A stretch of DNA of 64,000 nucleotides, from NCBI GenBank assembly GCA_964016885.1, contig OZ024744.1, forward strand, positions 48,298,001 through 48,362,000, given 5' to 3'. The notes below the pieces were generated by a model, which worked only from the letters and a program-made list of their open reading frames with translations, was not told the DNA's origin and did not search any database. The stretch is from Eledone cirrhosa (Eukaryota). Position numbers and translations under genes: made by a program. Below are positions 26,867-41,245 of the stretch, piece after piece (within the stretch, counting starts at the first letter, position 1; each line of letters opens with the position of its first letter).

Positions 26867-29371
26867 TATATATATGTGTGTGTGTGTGTGTGTAGCGTGA
26901 GAGAGAGAGGGGGGTTAGTTCGAAAACAAATTAAGAAACCATACTTGAGACCATATGTTTTACTTGAAGGATTTTTCAAATCGTGTATGGTTATAGTGAG
27001 AACGGAAGTATTCATGAGCTGGCAGGATTCTGCATAGCAGATGTCAGTAGTTGAATGGCCAGGGAGACAACTTGAGTATGACCATTGTGAGGGGGGAGAC
27101 AACTCGAGTATGACAATTGTAGGGGGAGCAACTTTTGAAGAACGCTCCCTTGTGATAGTTTAGTCTGAGCTAAACTTCTGGTTATACTAGGTCTTTCAGT
27201 TATGCAAGAGAAACTTTATATATAATTCTTTGTTTTTCTGTCTGTCTGTTTGTCTCTCTTCCCCTTATGCATTCTGAAATGGCTTGACGAAATCAAATCA
27301 AATTTTACAATGTAATAGTATTAGAACCCGGAATTAACAACATAATTTTTATTTTCCTTTGGATCAATATAACATTTTATCTAAAATATTCTACTTTAGA
27401 CAACTATAAGTAAATAGATATTTTATAACATGACGACGATGATAACAATGTCACATTTTATTACAAATGTGTATGTATCTGTAAGGGTGTGTGTGTGTGC
27501 GTTTGTTATATTCATTAGGCCTTAGTAAGTTACACATACATCTTCATGTAAATACATAATCTGATACACAGAGAATTAAACACTCACATACATCTTCATA
27601 TACATATGTGTGTGAGTGTATGTGTGCGTGAGTATACATACATTTGTGTGATGACTGACATAATGCAACATTGTATGAATATATGTCTGTGTTTTTTTAT
27701 GTTTGAGTGTGTGTATCTGCGTCTGTTCGTGGGTGAAACTCTGTGTGTGTGTTTGTATGAATGTATGTCAGTGTGTGTTTTTTAAAAGTGTATGTTTGTG
27801 TGAGTGTATGTGTGTCTATTTGTTTATATTTATATTCTCATTCCGTTGAATTAGCATTTGCTTACATTTGGTTAATTTGCACTGTATACAAAAATAATAA
27901 TTAATAGGTATTTCTTTTGGATGTTGATACTTATTTGTTTACAATATTGAAAAAAAAATGTCTTTATTCTAAAACCACCTACAGCTGTTCCATTTGAATT
28001 TAAGAGGCTTCAGTTTCCAGTCAAAGTTTTGTTATTTCAATTAACAAATCTCAGGGTCAATCCCTAAAGGTAGTTGGACTTGATCTCTCTACTACATGTT
28101 TCTTCCATGGTCAACTCTATGTTGGTTGTTCACGAGTTGGAAACAGCAACAATTTATTCATTTGGACACCAACAAGAAGTTACACAATGAATATTGTTTA
28201 CCCTGAGGTGCTTCAAGATTGACAGATTTTCATTTCTAAATTCTGTTATCATTACAATTTTGATAGTTTTATTAATAAAATATAGATATTTTGAAATAAT
28301 TATGAGAAAATATATATATCTCCATATTTGGAACAGCAGTAATCCAGACAGTGGTGGGTCCTCAGCTAGTATATATTTATTCTTTCCTTAATTGATTTAG
28401 TCGATCATATTGATATCATACATTTTTTCCAGGGCTGATATCAACCTCTTTTTCTTGAAATGTTAAATGATGTGGTATATACACAGACATAAACATAAAC
28501 ACTGACATGGACACACACACACTCTCACATGTATACAAGATGGATTTCGGCAGTTTCCATCTTTTAAATTCTTCTCACCAGGCAACCTTTAGCTTATAGA
28601 AGGCACTTGCCTAACTGGTTGAGAAGCAAGCTCATGAACTACAAAGCCATATATATATATACATATATATATATACACACATGCACATACACACTCATAT
28701 ATATATATACATTTCTCCAAATTTCCAATCCCACCCTGCATGTCCTTTCAATCTTTCTAATTTCTCATTCTTTCTTTTGATGAAGGACTAGCGTCTGAAA
28801 CGTTATGACCCTCTTCCTGCTATTTTAAGCATTACGCTAATATATTCCTTCCATATACTGTACTGATTGTGTTGTTATTTCTGTTTACCTTTTACGTGCA
28901 TATATACATCAACGCTTATGTGGACCTCTCAAATTCGTTGGATTTTCAAATTGGATTTTCACTCTGAAACTGGGTACATACTTGGAGTTTATCCAAACTT
29001 CCACCAGGAAATCTTTTCATATCACTGATATTTTCTTTGCTTCTTGCATTATTTAAATATATCACGACTCTCTATAACTTTTCCTCAACTATAATCTTCT
29101 CACTTCCACCTTTTTCTTCTCACCTGTCTACTTTTCTCTCCCACCATAGTACCTTCACCATGCCCAATCTCAAATTTTTTCTCTGAACATTTTTTAAATT
29201 CCACCCTGCCTGTCCCTTCAATCTTTCTAATCTCTCATTCTTTCTTCTGATGAAGGTCTAGCGTCCAAAACGTTAAGATCTTCCTACTATTTCAAGCTTT
29301 AACATTCCTTCCATATACTGTACCAATTATGTTGTTATTTCTGTTTACCTTTTACACATACACACACACAC

Positions 29372-29990
29372 ATATCATCATCATCATCATTTTACGTCTG
29401 CTTTTCCCTGTGTGCAAGGTTGGGACGGGGCCTATTCAGCACGGCATCTCTCCATTCATCACGGTCCTTCGTTATTTACTCTGTGAGCTTCAGCAATCTG
29501 AGATCTGCTCTCACCACCTCCGCCCATGTTTTTCGTGGTCTTCCTCAACTGCATCTTCCTTCCACAGGGATTTCCTGCACTTCTTTACACAGCGCTCATC
29601 CTCCATGCGCATCACATGTCCATGACAACACAATCTTCTCTCCCACACACTACAGCCCATCCCTCTTATACACAGTTTCTCTTTCAACTCGTCTATGCTT
29701 GGTCCTTCATGCACATTCACATTGCACATCCAATGGAACATGATTACTTCATTTCTCTCCAGTTGTCGAATATCCTCTGTAGTTGCTGCCCATGTCTCTC
29801 TACCATGCAGCATCGCGCATCTCACATAGGCATCATATAACCGGCCTTTCGTATGCATCTCCCTAAACTTCTTCCTACCTGTCCTTATTCTGGATACTAT
29901 GGCCTTGGAACACCCTCCTGCATTACTAATCTGATCACCTATGTATTGGAAGCCATCAATCACCTCTATAGGTCCTACCCGCATTTTAAA
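29372..29990 (-). mobile_element. RTE LINE 3' fragment
   Basis: ORF 29511-29984 (SRIRTG.KKFRE, MLHG.ETW). Confidence 0.85.
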
Positions 29991-30070
29991 AATTTGTCTA
30001 TCAATGCGACTTCTACTGTCAAATTACCCTGTACATCTACTGCATACACAACAAATAAGAATATATATAT

Positions 30071-30410
30071 AGCACATGGCTTAGTGGTTAGAGCATTGGC
30101 CTTGCAATCGAAAGGTTGTGAGTTAAATTCTCAGACCGGGCGATGTGTTGTTTCCTTGAGCAAGACACTTTATTTCACATTGCTCCAGTTTACTCAGCTG
30201 TAGAAATGAAATGATAGGGACTGGGGTTCCTATCACTCCACTGCAAAGTGGTCGTGTAAGCGCCACGAAAAAGCACCCAGCACTCACTGTAAATGAGGTT
30301 GGTGTTAGGAAGGGCATCCAGTTGTAGAAATCAAGCCAGAATCAGTTCCCGTCCCACCCTTGCAAGCAGGGAAAAGTGGACGTAAAATGAAATGATGATG
30401 AATGATGATA
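30071..30410 (+). mobile_element. tRNA-head CORE-type SINE followed by an RTE-type 3' tail
   Basis: tggcttagtggttagagc A box, gagttaaattct B-like box, CORE-like ttccttgagcaagacact, then aggaagggcatccag..(tga)n. Confidence 0.65.
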
Positions 30411-30619
30411 TATATATAGATTTATTAAAATAACAGATTAAAGTTTAAACAAAGAATCGCTGCTTTCACCCTTAACTGGATCTTCTGAAACTAAAAATCT
30501 TTTTTAGTTATTTTAATAAATATTTACTCTACGGTTATTATATATCTGATATATATTCATCCTTATCGAGTCCTCTTTGGATTTTAGTCTTCAAATATAT
30601 TATTATTACTATATATTTT

Positions 30620-30661
<42 letters not shown>

Positions 30662-30664
30662 CTA

Positions 30665-32513
30665 CCTAGCTAAAAGTAAACCCCTCTACTTAGCTTTTGT
30701 AGACCTGGAAAAAGCCTTTGACAGAGTCCCCCGCTCCATTATCTGGTGGGCTCTTAGAAAACTAGGTGTAGATGAATGGCTTGTGAGAGCTATACAAGCT
30801 ATGTATAATGAAACAGTCAGTAAGGTTAGAATTAACAATGAATATTGTGAAGAATTTAGTGTAAAAGTTGGTGTTCACCAAGACTCTGTCCTTAGCCCCC
30901 TTCTATTTATTATTTCCCTTCAGGCTATAACAGAGGAGTTTAAGACTGGCTGCCCATGGGAACTCCTATACGCAGATGATCTAACGCTCATAGCTGAATC
31001 AATGGCTGAACTAGAAAAGAAATTCCAAACATGGAAGCATGGCCAAGAATCAAAAGGCCTTAAAATTAACTTGTCTAAGACTAAAGTTCTATATGTAGAA
31101 AGAAAAATAGGGCACAGTTCCCCTCTGGGAAAATAAGGCACAGGTACCCTCAGGGAAATGGCCTTGCTCAGTGTGTAGGAAAGGAGTAAGCAGAAATTCA
31201 ATTTTATGTCCCAAATGCAAAGTATGGGTACATAAAAGATGTAGTGGCTGATGCTCAGGTGCAATAGGTAGCAAGTGTCCACAGGATACTAGCCCCTTCT
31301 ATTGCCCAGATGGTTCTATAGAAATAGTAGACACTTTCCGTTACCTGCGTGACGAAATCAGCAGTGGTGGAGGGTGTTCTGAAGGTACAGTAGCCAGAGT
31401 CAGAATGGGATGGAAAAAGTTCAGAGAGCTCATACCGCTGTTGGCCACAAAAGGCAGATTGTATGATGCTTGTATACGAACAGCAATGCTACATGGCAGT
31501 GAGACATGAGCATTGCGTGCAGAGGACCTGCGCAGACTGCAAAGGAACGAAGCATGCATGCTCCGTTGGATGTGTAATAGTAATAATTGTTTCTACTTTA
31601 GGCACAAGGCCAGCAATTACCCAGTTCATTACTGGTACTTTATTTTATCGACCCCGTATGGATGAAAGGCAAAGTCAACCTCGGCGGGATTTGAACTCAG
31701 ATCGTAAAGGGACGTAACTATGCTGGAAAGCATGGCGTCCGACCCTCTACCGATACTGCCAATCCACCGCCCTTTAATAGTGTAATAGTAATAATATACG
31801 TGAACGGCAAAGCATAAATGAACTAAGTGAGAAATTAGGAATAAGAGGGATCAGATGCTGTTTACTCGAGAGAAGACTACGTTGATATGGCCACGTGATG
31901 CGCATGAAAGGCGACAGCTGTATAAAAAAAGTGCCGGGCGATAAAAATTGATGGTAGTTACGGAGTAGGTAGACCCAGAAAAACCTGGGACGATCTGATA
32001 AACTCCGACCTCACACACTTACATCTCTCTAAGACAATGTCTTTGGACCGACATCTTTGGCACTACGCAGTAATACAGAAGACCCGCCTTACCTATGTAC
32101 AAAGCGAAACCTACAGTCAGTAGGCACTTCTTAACCAAATATACACCCCAATCCACTACCCCTACCCTATCCTCCCAATCTCACCAACACCACCCTTTCT
32201 CTGTAAAGTTGGTACCACAACATCCAGTCCAAATAAATGAGATAAATGAGATCGAGATCGTGTAGGTATCACAACAAAAAACACACACAGTCCACGCTGT
32301 AATGTGGCCGTGTAGGTAACACGGTAAAAAGTTCCCCGTTCCACACTGTAAATGTGGTTGGTATTAGGAAGGGCATCCAGCTGTAGAAACCTGTCAGATA
32401 GTCCTATATGAGCGAGACATGGTCACCCGACCAACCTTGCCTCAAGTGGGACAACCCCCGTCTAACCCATGCTAGCGTGGAAAATGGGCGTTAAATGAAG
32501 ATGATGATGATGA

Positions 32514-32515
<2 letters not shown>
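30665..32515 (+). mobile_element. 5'-truncated RTE LINE interrupted by a SINE
   Basis: RT motifs (FVDLEKAFDRVP, LLYADD), C-terminus and 3' UTR with (tga)n tail. Confidence 0.9.
31588..31779 (-). mobile_element. Meta-type SINE with 16-bp TSD
   Basis: TSD gtgtaatagtaataat at 31572-31587 and 31780-31795. Confidence 0.88.
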
Positions 32516-32548
<33 letters not shown>

Positions 32549-32615
32549 AGTGTGCATACTTACATTTATGTATCAGCTGTGCTAGGATGAGAAATAAAAT
32601 TCTCACTCTCTCTAG

Positions 32616-32681
<66 letters not shown>

Positions 32682-33026
32682 ATGAGTGTGAGTCTGTGTG
32701 TGTGTATGAGTGTGAGTGTGTGTGTGTGTGCATACATGCAACATAATTACACCACATGGCATCATCACGCCACCACCACTGCCACCACCAAACAACATAT
32801 ATGACACCACATCAACAATAACAGACAGCCTCCGGAAACCTGGAGATCCAGTTTCAAACCTGCTTCTCTCCCCAAAATATTTTGACAGATTAATCAATAA
32901 TATGCTTTTATAGAATTAGACACCTGCTATGTGTATGTCTGACTATATGTGTGTGTGTGTGTGTGTGTATAAGTGTGTATTTGTTTATATGTGTGTGTTT
33001 ATGTGTGTGTATTTGTGTGCATATAA

Positions 33027-33062
<36 letters not shown>

Positions 33063-35809
33063 GTGTGTGTATGTATATACATATATACATACATACATAC
33101 ATGTATATACATATATACATACACACATACATATACATACATAGAGAGACAGATAGAGAGAGAAAGAAAGATAGAAAGAGAGAGAGAGGTAAACAGATTG
33201 AATGGTAAATAGAAAGGCTGGCAGGTATAAACATATATATAGCTTATAATAAAACACCTGCAAACATATATATAAATGTATATATACATGTGTATGTGTG
33301 TGTGTGTGTATGTCAAAGAAACGGGGAAACAAAAAACAAAAGGATTCAGTAAATATATATAGATATATAGATATATATATATGTATATGGTGCGGGGGGG
33401 GGGGGGGGGGGCTAGACAAATAGATATAGAGAGAGTTCATGTCATCTGTAAGTAAAGTTGCTGGAAATAGGAACCAAATCAATAGTACCCAGGAATAGGA
33501 AGGACAAAAAAGAACAAAAAACAAAAAGAACCAGATATATGTTGACTATAAAAGAAGCTATAGTGACTATAAAACATCAGATTTAAGCAGGACCATGGCA
33601 TTTATGTCCAATGAATGTAGTTTATGGCCCTTAAGGGACTGGTAGTAGACCCAAACAATTTATATAACAAATCCTTTATTGTTCCTTAATTTATATAGCA
33701 GATATTTTATTGTGCCCTAACCATTTTCAAATGTACAGAAGGTGTAGCAGTATATTTTGGTTTAACTCTACAATCATTTAGCAGAAAATATATAGAAAAA
33801 TAAAATGGATTTGTTAATTCAAATGTTTGTAGTGTCCTGACTGGAGGATAGATTGTGCAAATTTGCAGTATTGTCTCTTAACACCCTGTAATTATTTAGC
33901 AGAAAATATCTAAAAGTGTAATATGTTAATTTAATTGGTTACAGTATCTTTACTGGTAGACCGATTGTTGTGAAAAAGTAAAGACTTGAATATTTAATGT
34001 GATGCGGCTATAGCGATGTTTTGTATTTTTCAAGAATGTCTTACTAATGTGGTTTGTTAGTTCAAATGTTTATAGTATCTTTATTGTTGAGCAGATTGTT
34101 ATGAACATTTACAGTATTAGAGTAAATACTTTAACATTTATTGTGATGCAAGATTAATACTGTTTTGTACTTTTCAAATGTTTGTAATATCTTTATGAGT
34201 GGACAGAAATTTGGTGTATTAGAATAAAAACTTGTGATGCAGTCATTTCTTTTCTAAAAATAACATTACAAATGCAAAATTTTTAATTAATTGTAAGGAT
34301 TTAGAGGAAAATATCTCGATAAAATAGGGTTTGTTAATCCATGTTTTAATATTTAATGTAATGCAGTCATTTTTTTTTTTCTTTCTCAAAATAATCTGAT
34401 TTAGGCACAAGGCCAACAATTTTTAGGAAGGGAAAGTCGATTAAATTGATCCCAGTGCATTACTGGTACTTTATTTTATCAACCCTGTAAGGATGAAAGA
34501 CAAAGCTAACCTCAGCGGAATTTGAATTCAGAACGTAAAGGGACATATCGAAATAATGTTACATATGCAACATTTTCAATTAACTCTTAACATCCTAAAA
34601 TGATTTAGAATAAAACTTCTAGAAAGAAGGTTTTTTATCTAAATAATTATAGTGTCTTTTCTATATTTAGTGGGACACAGTCATAGTGCTGCTTTTGTAA
34701 TTTTCAAATGTTTGTAGTATCTTTACTAAAGGGCGGATTGTTGTGAAAATTTGGAGTAATTAATGAAGAATTTGGAGGGAATGACTAAAACTATTAATGA
34801 TTTCATTACTAAGATTGTAACTTAATATAAGGTTCTTGAATAAAATTATGTTGGAAGATTCTAATTTTGACTAAGACCACAGTATTTTGAAGGATTAAAA
34901 AAAATATTAATTATTTCATTACTAAAATAGTAACTGAATACATGGTTTTTAATTAAAATGATATTGGAAGATATTATTTTAAGTAAAAACCTTTTAAAAT
35001 AGGTGTTTTTGTTTACCAAAAGCAGAAGCAGTTTTGGCTGGGTTATTATGAAAAGGGTTAATGGAGAATTTTGAGAGATTCACTAAAAATATTAACTATT
35101 TCAAAACTATGGGAGTAACTTAATATATGTTTCTTATATAAAATTATATTGGAAGATTTTGATTTAAATAAGAACCCTTTAAAATGGATGGTTTAGTTTC
35201 ATAGAACCAGAGCTGGTTCCTGTCTGTCTATCAAAAAAGCAGTAGTATCCTATTTGATAGACAGGACAATCTACATACACACACACACATATACACACAC
35301 ACATACACACACATATATATATATATATACAGATATATATATATATATATGTATGTACACACATATATATATGTATATATATATTTTAAGTGGGGAAAGG
35401 CCTTGCACTAGACCAATCCCACTCTCTGAACATCGCAAACACTACCCGAAGAGAAGAACTGGTCAACATCATCGGATGCTTCCGAAGCCGTAGGGTTTAT
35501 TTTTCAGAGTTCCTCTCTCCTAGAAAGGTGTGGCAACAACTGGGGCCCTTGCAAGAAGGGAAAAGCAGACGAAAAATGATAATGATGATGATATATATAT
35601 AATATATATATATAATAATGAAGGAGTTGTGGTAAGGAACCAGATGGACCATAACGCACCAGAGTACTCAATACTTAGGGTGGTAGAGTGGGTAATAGAA
35701 GAAAGTATGACCCCGACGGCAGAGCTGAAGCCGTTTCGCCGGCTATTTCTGGACTCCAGAAATAGCCGTCGAAACGACTTGAGCTCTGCCGTCGGGGTCA
35801 TACTTTCTC

Positions 35810-35946
35810 CTATATATATATAATATATAATATACATATGTATATTATATATATACCATCATCATGTGTGTGTATATATATACATTATATATATATATAT
35901 ATACACACACACAGACACACACATATATGTATATGTGTGTGTATAT

Positions 35947-36030
<84 letters not shown>

Positions 36031-36041
36031 TACATATACAC

Positions 36042-36098
<57 letters not shown>

Positions 36099-36127
36099 CA
36101 TATATACATATTCACATATATATATAT

Positions 36128-36172
<45 letters not shown>

Positions 36173-36187
36173 TACATATATACATAT

Positions 36188-36241
<54 letters not shown>

Positions 36242-36248
36242 ATATGTA

Positions 36249-36317
<69 letters not shown>

Positions 36318-36325
36318 ATATATAC
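35810..36325. repeat. Long (TA)n/(CATA)n microsatellite (representative of dozens in the window)
   Basis: Directly visible. Confidence 0.95.
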
Positions 36326-36574
36326 TTACACAAACGCATGCACGCACTCACACATATAAATTCTCACCAAAAGCTGTTGTAAGAGAGAGAAGAGAGGGTT
36401 TAGCCATCAATCACACTGAGACACCACACAAACCCAGACCTAGCCATTTGTAATTTGATCAGAGTTCTCCCTGTTAAAAAGAGTTGACATCTAAGTGATG
36501 GCTTTAGTTGATAAAAGACTTCTTTGTATCAGGGTAACTTTTCATAATTACTGGGTACAATTTTATAATTTAAA

Positions 36575-36760
36575 CCCTTTTGAAACCTACCCTGGTTCTA
36601 TGATGCCCAAGCTGTTTATTTTAAAGTATTTGTATTTATCTAAAACACTCCCATCATAATTTCATGTAAGAACCTTTGTTAAGTTATGTTCCAAATACCA
36701 GCCTAATAATGTGAAGGTTAGTTATATTACTAAATTCTTCCAACTACAGTAACAAAAGGG
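36575..36760. mobile_element. piggyBac-like MITE
   Basis: TIR CCCTTTTG/CAAAAGGG with TAAA/TTAA flanks. Related ...aaagggttaa-type termini at ~44455-44590 and ~60400-60535. Confidence 0.55.
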
Positions 36761-36994
36761 TTAATATATTCATATCTAAAACTCTTCAGTTGTATATATA
36801 TATATGTGTGTGTGTGTGTGTATGTGAGTGTGTGGATATATACATATATATCATTTAACCCATGCTAGCATCGAAATATGAACATTAAACAGTGAAGATG
36901 ATGATGATGCTATATATATATATATATATGTATATATATACAAACACCTATCTACATACATATATATATGTACATATATATATATATGTACAAC

Positions 36995-37083
<89 letters not shown>

Positions 37084-37254
37084 TAAGGTTTGTTGGTTCA
37101 CCACTGGATAGAACTGGTCATTCCGTATGGCCAATCCTGGTGTAATATTGGAACCCGGTCATTGAAATGATCATAGTATAATAAACCTTTCAAGGATTTA
37201 CACCAGTCCAGCCTCCTATTATTTCATTTATATATATATATATATATATATATA

Positions 37255-38014
37255 TCGTTTCTGAATTTGTTTAGCAAGATTCTTTATCTGAGAACGTGTG
37301 TTGAAACCGATATTGTTATACTTTGGGAGGGTCATGTTGCCAATAAGAAACACACGCACCAGTTGCTTTCACTTCAATTTATTATATATTTATAAATTTA
37401 TAAATTTACAAATCTACAAACTTATAAATTTCTGGTTGGTTGGTTGGTTCCACAACCAGATAGTTGTTTATATATAGTCATAGTCCTTTCGTCACACACT
37501 CTGTGACCTCTTCAGTGACTGGGGATTCCTTTCTTTGTTTCTGTGCCTTTCCTTTCTTCTATCCTACGCCATTTTGTTTCTGTGTGTGTGTTGTGTGCTC
37601 AGTTTGCGCATGCGCCACATCCGGGTGTCTGTGTGTGTTTGTGTTCATTTATCTATTTGTTTATTTATTTATTTATTTATTGTTGGTTGGTTGTTTGTTC
37701 TATGTGTGTGTGTGTTTTCATTTTGTCCTTAATTGTAAGTTGTGATGTTGCTGTTCCACTCATATTTTCTAGGAAAGGCACAGAAACAAAGAAAGGAATC
37801 CCCCGTCACTGAAGAGGTCACAGAGTGTGTGACGAAAGGACTATGACTATATATAAACAACTATCTGGTTGTGGAACCAACCAACCAACCAGAAATTTAT
37901 AAGTTTGTAGATTTGTAAATTTATAAATTTATAAATATATAATAAATTGAAGTGAAAGCAACTGGTGCGTGTGTTTCTTATTGGCAACATGACCCTCCCA
38001 AAATATAACAATAT
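37255..38014. mobile_element. PLE family A inverted repeat with two hammerheads (37476-37520 -, 37805-37847 +)
   Basis: Arms ~37310-37553 / 37771-38014; GTCA-CTGAAGA-G-GTCACA..TGTGAC-GAAAGGACTA-TGAC; in (TA)n. Confidence 0.88.
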
Positions 38015-38489
38015 ATATGTATATATATATATGTATATATGTATATATATATATATGAAAAAATTCAGGACGCCGATTTCAACAACTAGATCTCGAACTA
38101 GCTGTTGAAACGGCTGGAGCTCAGCCTTCTGGGTCCCGGAATTTTTCATATTACCCACTCTACTGCCCCAAGTATCGAGACACGGTCACCCGACCAAACT
38201 TGCCTCAAATGGGACAAACCCGTCTCATCCCTGCTAGTGGAGCAGATAGACGTTAAATGATGATGATATATACTTGATAAGGGTTGTATATAAGTATATA
38301 TAAATCTGTAGAGCAAATATTTATACATGCGCATATATGTATGCATTCATACAGTACACACATACCTACATTCCCATATACATGCACACATAGATACATA
38401 CGTACATACAATATATACATACATACACACATACATGCACACACAGACATACACACACACATTCATACACATTAATACATACATACCTA

Positions 38490-38880
<391 letters not shown>

Positions 38881-39777
38881 TACATACATACATATATACA
38901 TAGATACATGATGGCTGCCCCCTCGTTATCGAGTATGGCCATTGCACGATATATCATTATTAATAATTATTAATTAGTTGTTTCTACTTTTTGGCACAAA
39001 GCCAGCAATTAACCAGTACATTACTGGTACTTTATTTTATCGACCCCGTAAGGATGAAAGGCAAAGTTAACCTCGGCGGGAAATGCAATTGTGCAATGCC
39101 TGTGTGTGAAGATATTTTTTAAAGTGAGGAAAGACTGTGCACTAAGCGACAGTAGCTATAACCCGAAAAGAAGAAAAAATCAACATCATCGGTAACTACT
39201 GAGCTGCGGGTTTTATATCGGAGTTATCCCAGTTTCCTGAGTTGCCTTCTCCTAGAAGAATGCTCTGACAAAGGCTAGGGGTCCTTCACACCCAGTGGTT
39301 TAACAACGTGGTACATGTGTATATACATATTGACACACTTTTGGATGGCCGTTGACTCTTCTGGGTTCTTCCGCCCTTTGTCAGGTTTTGTTTTTTGTCC
39401 TGCAGGGTGTCCAAAATCACCCTCCTCACCAAGTAAACTCGGTGGGATTGCCGGTTTAGTCGCTGACGACCCAACCTTGCGACAGGTTGTACTGGGTTAG
39501 ATGTTACCAGTAGCACTCAAGTGTGACCCGACATATATTTTACACACACACACACACATATATATATAAAAGGATCGGTCGACTTTCGTCAAATCGGACC
39601 GTGGAAACAATGTTTCCGTCGATCTTTCCAGTTGCTATTACTATCTATCAGTCGCAACTCCAGGTAGAAGGAGCAGCGTAGTGTCTTGTCCAAGGACATA
39701 ACACATCACCCGGTCCAGGAATCGAACTCACAACCTCAAGATTGTATATATAAATAAATATATATATATAAATATAT

Positions 39778-40340
39778 GCAAAGGTTATATTTAATTTGTT
39801 GGGATTCAACAAGCTTAAACATTTTTATAACTGATATAAAGCACTCAACAGATTAGTGGAGTAAATATTCAATATAATAATTGTTTCTACTTTAGGCACA
39901 AGGCCAGCAATTACCCAGTGTATTACTGGAATTTTATTTCATCGACCTCGTCAGGATGAAAGGCAAAGTTAACCTCGGCGGGATTTGAACTCAAATCGTA
40001 AAGGGACGTAACTATGCTGGAAAGCATGGCGTCTGGCCCTCTACCGATACTGCCAATCCACCGCCTTCAATATATTAATAAATGGAAACTATATTTATAA
40101 AACCATAATTATTTTATTATATATATTTCAAGGGCAACCAAGGCAAATTATGGTGCGCTTTCATCAGATAAAATACAGATTTATTTTATAAATAAATATT
40201 GTCATACCCGGAAAAAAGACAACCTTAATGGTTGAAGTTCCCTGGGTATGTCAATATTTATTTGCCTTGGATGCCCTTGAAATATATATAATAAAATAAT
40301 TATGGTTTTATAAATATAGTTTCCATTTATTAATATATTG
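39778..40340. mobile_element. PLE-type family C inverted repeat with hammerhead 40112-40173 (-)
   Basis: TTTTAT-CTGATGA-AAGCGCA..TGCCCTT-GAAATATATATA-ATAAAA; arms ~40067-40148 / ~40260-40340; related copies at ~22920 and ~25816. Confidence 0.78.
39876..40065 (-). mobile_element. Meta-type SINE with TTCAATATA TSD, nested in a PLE remnant
   Basis: TSD at 39868-39876 and 40066-40074. Confidence 0.85.
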
Positions 40341-40364
40341 TATATATAAATATATATATATATA

Positions 40365-40402
<38 letters not shown>

Positions 40403-40907
40403 AATATATATATATTTATATTTATTAAAATAACAGATCAAAGTTCAAGCAAAGAATTGCTGCTTTCACGTACATGGGAACAGTAAAAATATGTAAAACA
40501 TTCCAAAGATTTTGCATCTAATAACTGCATATACACATGTACAGATACAAAGCATATACACATGTACACATACAACTCAAAACATACACATACACACATA
40601 CAATAACATCCATAGCTACACATGTAGATATGCATACATAATCTACCTAGTTGATGTTGTGTAAATTCCAATGAGAGAGTCTTGTGTCTATGTTAGAAAC
40701 TGACTCTCTTACTATCGGGAAAAAATTTGTGAAATTATAAAACCAGAAGAACATACATACTTACATGCATTATGGCTGCAAACTCTGCTAAGAGTACTGC
40801 AATTGCTTGTCAGGTTATAGAGTTTGGTGCACTTTTAGGCTACGGCCAGCCACACAAACCTGTAACAGATCCTGAACAAGCAATGCCTGTAATTTGAAGG
40901 TTTTTTT

Positions 40908-41245
40908 AAGTGGGGAAAGGCCTTGCACTCGACCAATCCCACTCTCTGAGCATCGCAAACACTACCTGAAAAGGAAAACTGGTCAACATTATCAGATGCT
41001 TCCGAAGTCGCAGGTTTTATTTTCAGAGTTCCCCTCTCCTAGAAAGGTGTTGTGACAACAACTGGGGGCCTCTCACTCCCAGGTGGGGAAAAAAAGTACT
41101 AGTTGGATGTCCGTTGACTCTGCTGAGTTCCTCCACCCTTTGCTATGTCTTGTATTTCATCCTGTAAGGGGTCCAAATATCACCCTCCTCACCAAGCCAG
41201 CTTGGTGGAGTTGCCGGTTTAGTCTTTGATGACCTGACCACGAGA
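40908..41245 (-). repeat. Interspersed repeat resembling an RTE 5' UTR (also 35388-35545, 39090-39520)
   Basis: Three related copies; the minus strand contains ctaggagaggggaactctga and a caccaagc..gcttggtg hairpin. Confidence 0.5.

Noticed and set aside
30071-30145. tRNA gene
   Set aside because: Degenerate B box, no acceptor stem, continues into a SINE body.
35838-36453. Long YI/HT/CV-repeat ORFs here and throughout the window
   Set aside because: They are translations of (TA)n/(CA)n microsatellites, not genes.
39240-39500. HDV-like ribozyme in the RTE 5' UTR-like repeat
   Set aside because: I could not assemble a consistent P1-P4 pairing by eye.
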